Source of the DNA: Candidatus Coatesbacteria bacterium
Lineage (GTDB): Bacteria > JAFGND01
Length of the DNA: 20,000 bases
NCBI GenBank assembly: GCA_016927185.1
Contig: JAFGND010000044.1
Location: 50,626-70,625 of the forward strand
Direction of reading: 5' to 3'
Below the pieces are notes generated by a model. It was not told where the DNA came from, searched no databases, and saw only the letters and a list, made by a program, of their open reading frames with translations. The translations under genes were made by a program, and so were the position numbers. Shown here one piece after another: positions 16,376-20,000 of the stretch. The first letter of the stretch is position 1. Each line of letters starts with the position of its first letter.

Positions 16376-19300
16376 TTAAAAATCTCCGCCAAGAGTGAAA
16401 TAGAAATAAGGAGAAGAAACTGATTTGAAATCAGAATGCCATGACCAGTCCATTTTCAATGTAAGAAATCCAAGCCCCACTCTGGGACCCATCCCAAATC
16501 CGAATTTCAAATCCTTCAGCCTTCCTTCCTCTGCTCCCTTGAATTGATAAGCTTTATTGAATGTGCCTCCAAGATCTGTGAAAATCACTCCACCTATTGG
16601 GGAAAAAAGCATTGGAAGTGGAAATCTTATTAACAGATAGTCTATGAATGGGAATCTGAACTCAGTGTTGAAAAGCCCGTAATAATGACCATTAAACTCG
16701 AAATAGTCATATCCCCTCAGCTGTTCACCCTTGTTGAGATAGAAGTTCTTGAAATCAAGTTTGCCCTTATCATCAAGTGCACCTAAAAGTCCTGTATCAG
16801 GAATATTTCCTCCTAAATAGAAATACTGGGGAGTTTTTCCCATGCTTCCTCCAGCTGCTATCCTGAATGCAAATGCATACCTGTGATTAATGTTGGCATA
16901 TTTTCTCATATCAACCTGAAGACTTGTAAATTCTATATCCTTTCCGTAAGCAAAGCTAATCTCAGCACCAAGTCTTCTTCCATTGATTGGGCCAAAATAA
17001 TTCCACAGACTTGTATCTTCAGTCAGGCTGAGAGAAGGAGTTTGTATGACTACATCCTCTATCTTACCTTCATCTTCCCTGGGTTGATAGAAATCACGTC
17101 TTATGTACCTGCTTATCATGCTCATATCAATCTTTACATAACGGTTCAAGGGATATCGCAGATTCAATCCACCACCTACTGTCCTGTCAGAAAAATATAT
17201 ATCATCCTCAGGATTTTCCTCAAAGAGATAATAATATTCGTTCTGGTGCAAAGCAATTACTCCTAAATCAATTCTGTGTGGAAGATAATAATATTGAATC
17301 TGTGCGGCAATATCTGTGACCTGCCCCTGCATTCCTGTAATTATATATATCTGGTGATTTCCAAGGAAATCGGATATTGCAAACAAGGCTTGTCCTCCCA
17401 GACCGAATATGGTATCATAACTCATCAATGCTGTCAAATAATCTATGCTGAAAGATGGTGTATATTTTCTTGCCCTCAATTTGTAAGGGAATTCCTGATC
17501 CGCTTCCTCTTTTTCAGGAATAATATATTCTACAGGATAGAGGAATGGCTTGTTTAATGCAGGATCCTTCTTTACGAGCAAGTCTTTCCTGGGATTTTCC
17601 CTTCCCATGTTATCCTCGAATTCAGTATCCTTTCTCTTTTCTTTGTCATCCTTTTTTGGAGGTTCTTTCCCTTTTTCATCAGGTTTCACAACAGGGCTGG
17701 TTGGTACTTCCTTTTTTGCAACTACCGCTGAAGGATTCAGTTTCGTTATTTCCTTGTTCCATTCTTCCTTTATCTTGTCTAATCTTGAGTGTTTCAGAAC
17801 ATAGATATTCCATCCACCCCTGTCGTAAGAATAATAGACAAGATCCTTGAACTTGGCATCAGTTGTCGGCAGGTAATTCCCCCCCAGTACATTAGTTACA
17901 CAATATGTTGCCTTTCCAGTGATGTCAGTTAAAGCAAGATTTCTTATGCCATTCCCATCATTCGTGAAGAGGTAACCTTTCCTGTCAGGAATAAGGCATG
18001 GATTTTTTTCATCCCCCTTGAGAGATACTAATGTTGTTATTTTTCCAGATTCTATTTCATATTTGTAGAGATCGTATCCTTTGCCACCTCTGTCACTTGA
18101 AAAAACTATATACTTGTCATCATTATCGAAAATGGGATCCGTATCATCATAGAAATCAAATGTCTTTCTTTCATGCTTTGCTGTCTTTAAATCAAGTATA
18201 TATAAGTCAGCTTTGCCTTCCTTAATGCCTCTGTAAACTATTTTGTCACCACTATTAGAAAAGCTTGGCATGTATGATGCATCGCAATCAGTCTTGTATC
18301 TGTTTACAACTCTTGATTTGAATGGATCCATGATATAAATCCAGTCAGCTCCCTTACTGCCTGCAATGAAAGTGATGTATTTGCCGTCTTGGCTCCATGA
18401 TAATTTCAAACTCAGAAAATCGAAATCCTGGAATTCTCCTGATGTTTCAGTCCTTGCTATTCTTCTTACCAGTTTGCCATCTGCCACTTTCATGAGATAT
18501 ATATCTGCATATTGCTTCCAGTTTGTAAGAAAAGCTATATGTTTTCCATCAGGAGAAATGGATGGAGCAATATTGAACGAGGATCTGTCCTTAGTATGAT
18601 CCGTCAGCTGTCTTGAAATCTCGTCAGGTTCAAGCCTCTTGTTAATTGCATCCCAGAATTGCCTTTTCATCCATCTTTCAAAGTCTCTCTCTATGTAATC
18701 CATGTTGCTTTGGAGATTTTCCTCAAGAACTTTCTCGAAATTCTGCCTTCTTGAATAGTCTCGAAGTATCTTGAAAATCATCTCTCGTCCATAATTCTCT
18801 TCAAGATATCTATGGAACCACTGTCCTTCCTTATACAAGAGATATCCTCCATAATAGTCAATTTCTCTCAATGGAATCATATAGTTGTGAATGGCAGCAT
18901 CTCTCATAACCATCTCAGATTCAACCTCATTAACAACACTCAGATGTTCTGCTATTCCTTCTGTATACCACAAGGGAATTCTTCCCAATAGTTCAAGCTT
19001 GACAAGCATTCCAAGGGATCTTCCCGCAAATAACATGTCATACATGAAAGCATGTACAAGCTCGTGCTTGGTTACATGTCTGAAATCCTCATAGGATCCA
19101 TTGAAGGGAACAACAACTCTCCTCTTGATGAATTCAGTGAAACCGCCAATGCTCTGTCCTATATCCTCGTTTATTATATTTGTCTGTCTGAATTCAGAAG
19201 GGGATCTGTACAGAACTATCTGGATTTTTTCCTTGAAATTATGCTTGAAATCGATACTCAGCTCATGATATGCCTGTTCTAAAATATCTACAAAACGGGG

Positions 19301-19456
19301 GATAAGTTTTTCCTCTCCCTTGTAATAGAATATCTTGAAATGAGCAGTTTCAGTTATCTGCCAGTTGAAATATTTGTACTGGATTTTGCTGACACCGAAC
19401 TCAAGAGCTGAGAGTAGTGTTGGTATTATCAATAAAATCACTAATATTCTGTACAT
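16376..19456 (-). CDS. Secreted fusion of a gluzincin (MA-clan) metallopeptidase, TolB/PD40 beta-propeller and C-terminal Omp85/BamA-type barrel
   Basis: Signal peptide; HELVH (aa 131-135) with downstream WYTEGIAE; repeats such as PSISPDGKHIAF, SWSQDGKYITF and PSFSNSGDKIVY; P/K/E-rich linker; amphipathic strands with LRGYD and a terminal Phe. Confidence 0.85.
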   Translation of the reverse strand: MYRILVILLIIPTLLSALEFGVSKIQYKYFNWQITETAHFKIFYYKGEEKLIPRFVDILEQAYHELSIDFKHNFKEKIQIVLYRSPSEFRQTNIINEDIGQSIGGFTEFIKRRVVVPFNGSYEDFRHVTKHELVHAFMYDMLFAGRSLGMLVKLELLGRIPLWYTEGIAEHLSVVNEVESEMVMRDAAIHNYMIPLREIDYYGGYLLYKEGQWFHRYLEENYGREMIFKILRDYSRRQNFEKVLEENLQSNMDYIERDFERWMKRQFWDAINKRLEPDEISRQLTDHTKDRSSFNIAPSISPDGKHIAFLTNWKQYADIYLMKVADGKLVRRIARTETSGEFQDFDFLSLKLSWSQDGKYITFIAGSKGADWIYIMDPFKSRVVNRYKTDCDASYMPSFSNSGDKIVYRGIKEGKADLYILDLKTAKHERKTFDFYDDTDPIFDNDDKYIVFSSDRGGKGYDLYKYEIESGKITTLVSLKGDEKNPCLIPDRKGYLFTNDGNGIRNLALTDITGKATYCVTNVLGGNYLPTTDAKFKDLVYYSYDRGGWNIYVLKHSRLDKIKEEWNKEITKLNPSAVVAKKEVPTSPVVKPDEKGKEPPKKDDKEKRKDTEFEDNMGRENPRKDLLVKKDPALNKPFLYPVEYIIPEKEEADQEFPYKLRARKYTPSFSIDYLTALMSYDTIFGLGGQALFAISDFLGNHQIYIITGMQGQVTDIAAQIQYYYLPHRIDLGVIALHQNEYYYLFEENPEDDIYFSDRTVGGGLNLRYPLNRYVKIDMSMISRYIRRDFYQPREDEGKIEDVVIQTPSLSLTEDTSLWNYFGPINGRRLGAEISFAYGKDIEFTSLQVDMRKYANINHRYAFAFRIAAGGSMGKTPQYFYLGGNIPDTGLLGALDDKGKLDFKNFYLNKGEQLRGYDYFEFNGHYYGLFNTEFRFPFIDYLLIRFPLPMLFSPIGGVIFTDLGGTFNKAYQFKGAEEGRLKDLKFGFGMGPRVGLGFLTLKMDWSWHSDFKSVSSPYFYFTLGGDF

Positions 19457-19740
19457 CTTTTACCTCTTCATTCATGACATGGTTGAAACAAAAAATAAGG
19501 CTATCTTTTGTCAAGATAAAAGGATTAGATATAAGATTTGATTCTACTGTCTTTAACTATTTCAGGCTTATCTTGCAGTCTCTGGTAGTATGATAAAGGA
19601 ATGATATTACTATAACTCAGTTTATGTATACAGATGGTTTTTAAAGATTTCGGGAAATTTCGTCCTTGACTTTAAATCTTGCCAAATTTTAAGTGAAACA
19701 TATATGAAAGGAAGACCATGATTATAGTAAGGAGGCTATT

Positions 19741-20000
19741 ATGAGAAACCTTTTAATTGCCATGATTCTTCTATCATTATCTAGTCTTCTTTTTTCAGCA
19801 CCAGGAGATTTGATATGGAGATATCAGACAGGTTATTGGGTTGACTCTTCCCCTTGTGTTTCAGATGGAGTTGTTTTTGTAGGAAGTGGTGATAATTATC
19901 TTTATGCAATAAACAGCTCATCAGGAACTCTTAAATGGAGATATATGACAGGTAGTTATGTTTACTCTTCTCCTTGTGTTTCAGATGGAGTTGTTTTTGT
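19741..20000 (+). CDS. Secreted PQQ-like (BamB-family fold) beta-propeller repeat protein, 3'-truncated by the window edge
   Basis: Absent from the ORF track. SD AAGGAGG at 19729-19735. Translation MRNLLIAMILLSLSSLLFSAPGDLIWRYQTGYWVDSSPCVSDGVVFVGSGDNYLYAINSSSGTLKWRYMTGSYVYSSPCVSDGVVF shows a signal peptide and 40-aa PQQ-type repeats. Confidence 0.88.
   Translation, partial: MRNLLIAMILLSLSSLLFSAPGDLIWRYQTGYWVDSSPCVSDGVVFVGSGDNYLYAINSSSGTLKWRYMTGSYVYSSPCVSDGVVF
19815..20000 (+). repeat. 120-bp-period intragenic tandem repeat (propeller blades)
   Basis: 19815-19880 versus 19935-20000: 58 of 66 nt identical, and the last 29 nt are identical. Confidence 0.92.

Noticed and set aside
16883..19282. 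Several + strand ORFs of 64-127 aa within the Omp85 fusion
   Set aside because: Antisense shadows with no recognisable motifs or ribosome-binding sites.
19520..19730. Possible ncRNA or riboswitch in the 284-bp intergenic region (short AAGATTT/AAATCTT and TTTAAAG/CTTTAAA complements)
   Set aside because: Only 7-bp AT-rich stems, no recognisable riboswitch or tRNA consensus and no terminator.
19815..20000. Repeat-variable-repeat pattern considered as a CRISPR array
   Set aside because: The 120-bp period is in frame within a signal-peptide-bearing CDS encoding PQQ-type blades, and no cas genes are present.

Overview
An AT-rich bacterial chromosomal segment from a diderm organism: LptE, LapA, Lgt and an Omp85 barrel are present. 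The GWxTD protein, the LptE type and the peptidase-propeller-Omp85 fusion suggest an FCB-related or candidate lineage (inference only). It holds 19 tightly packed CDSs, mostly for envelope and housekeeping functions. In order: partial B12-type radical SAM enzyme and a CDP-alcohol phosphatidyltransferase (+); FHA protein and membrane-anchored PP2C phosphatase (-); lptE, GWxTD lipoprotein, hflX and site-2 protease operon (-); EcsC-like protein (-); Cys-rich membrane protein and DUF2752 (+); AsmA-like/GT51 transglycosylase fusion (-); LapA (-); miaA and a WcaJ-like sugar transferase (+); metallopeptidase/TolB-propeller/Omp85 fusion, rodA and lgt operon (-); partial PQQ-repeat propeller gene (+). 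I saw no RNA gene, mobile element or CRISPR array. The most notable items are the peptidase-Omp85 fusion heading a rodA-lgt operon, the AsmA-like/transglycosylase fusion, near-identical 120-bp propeller repeats that differ almost only at non-synonymous loop codons, and a probable CTG start for hflX. All family calls come from motif recognition by eye, with no database search.
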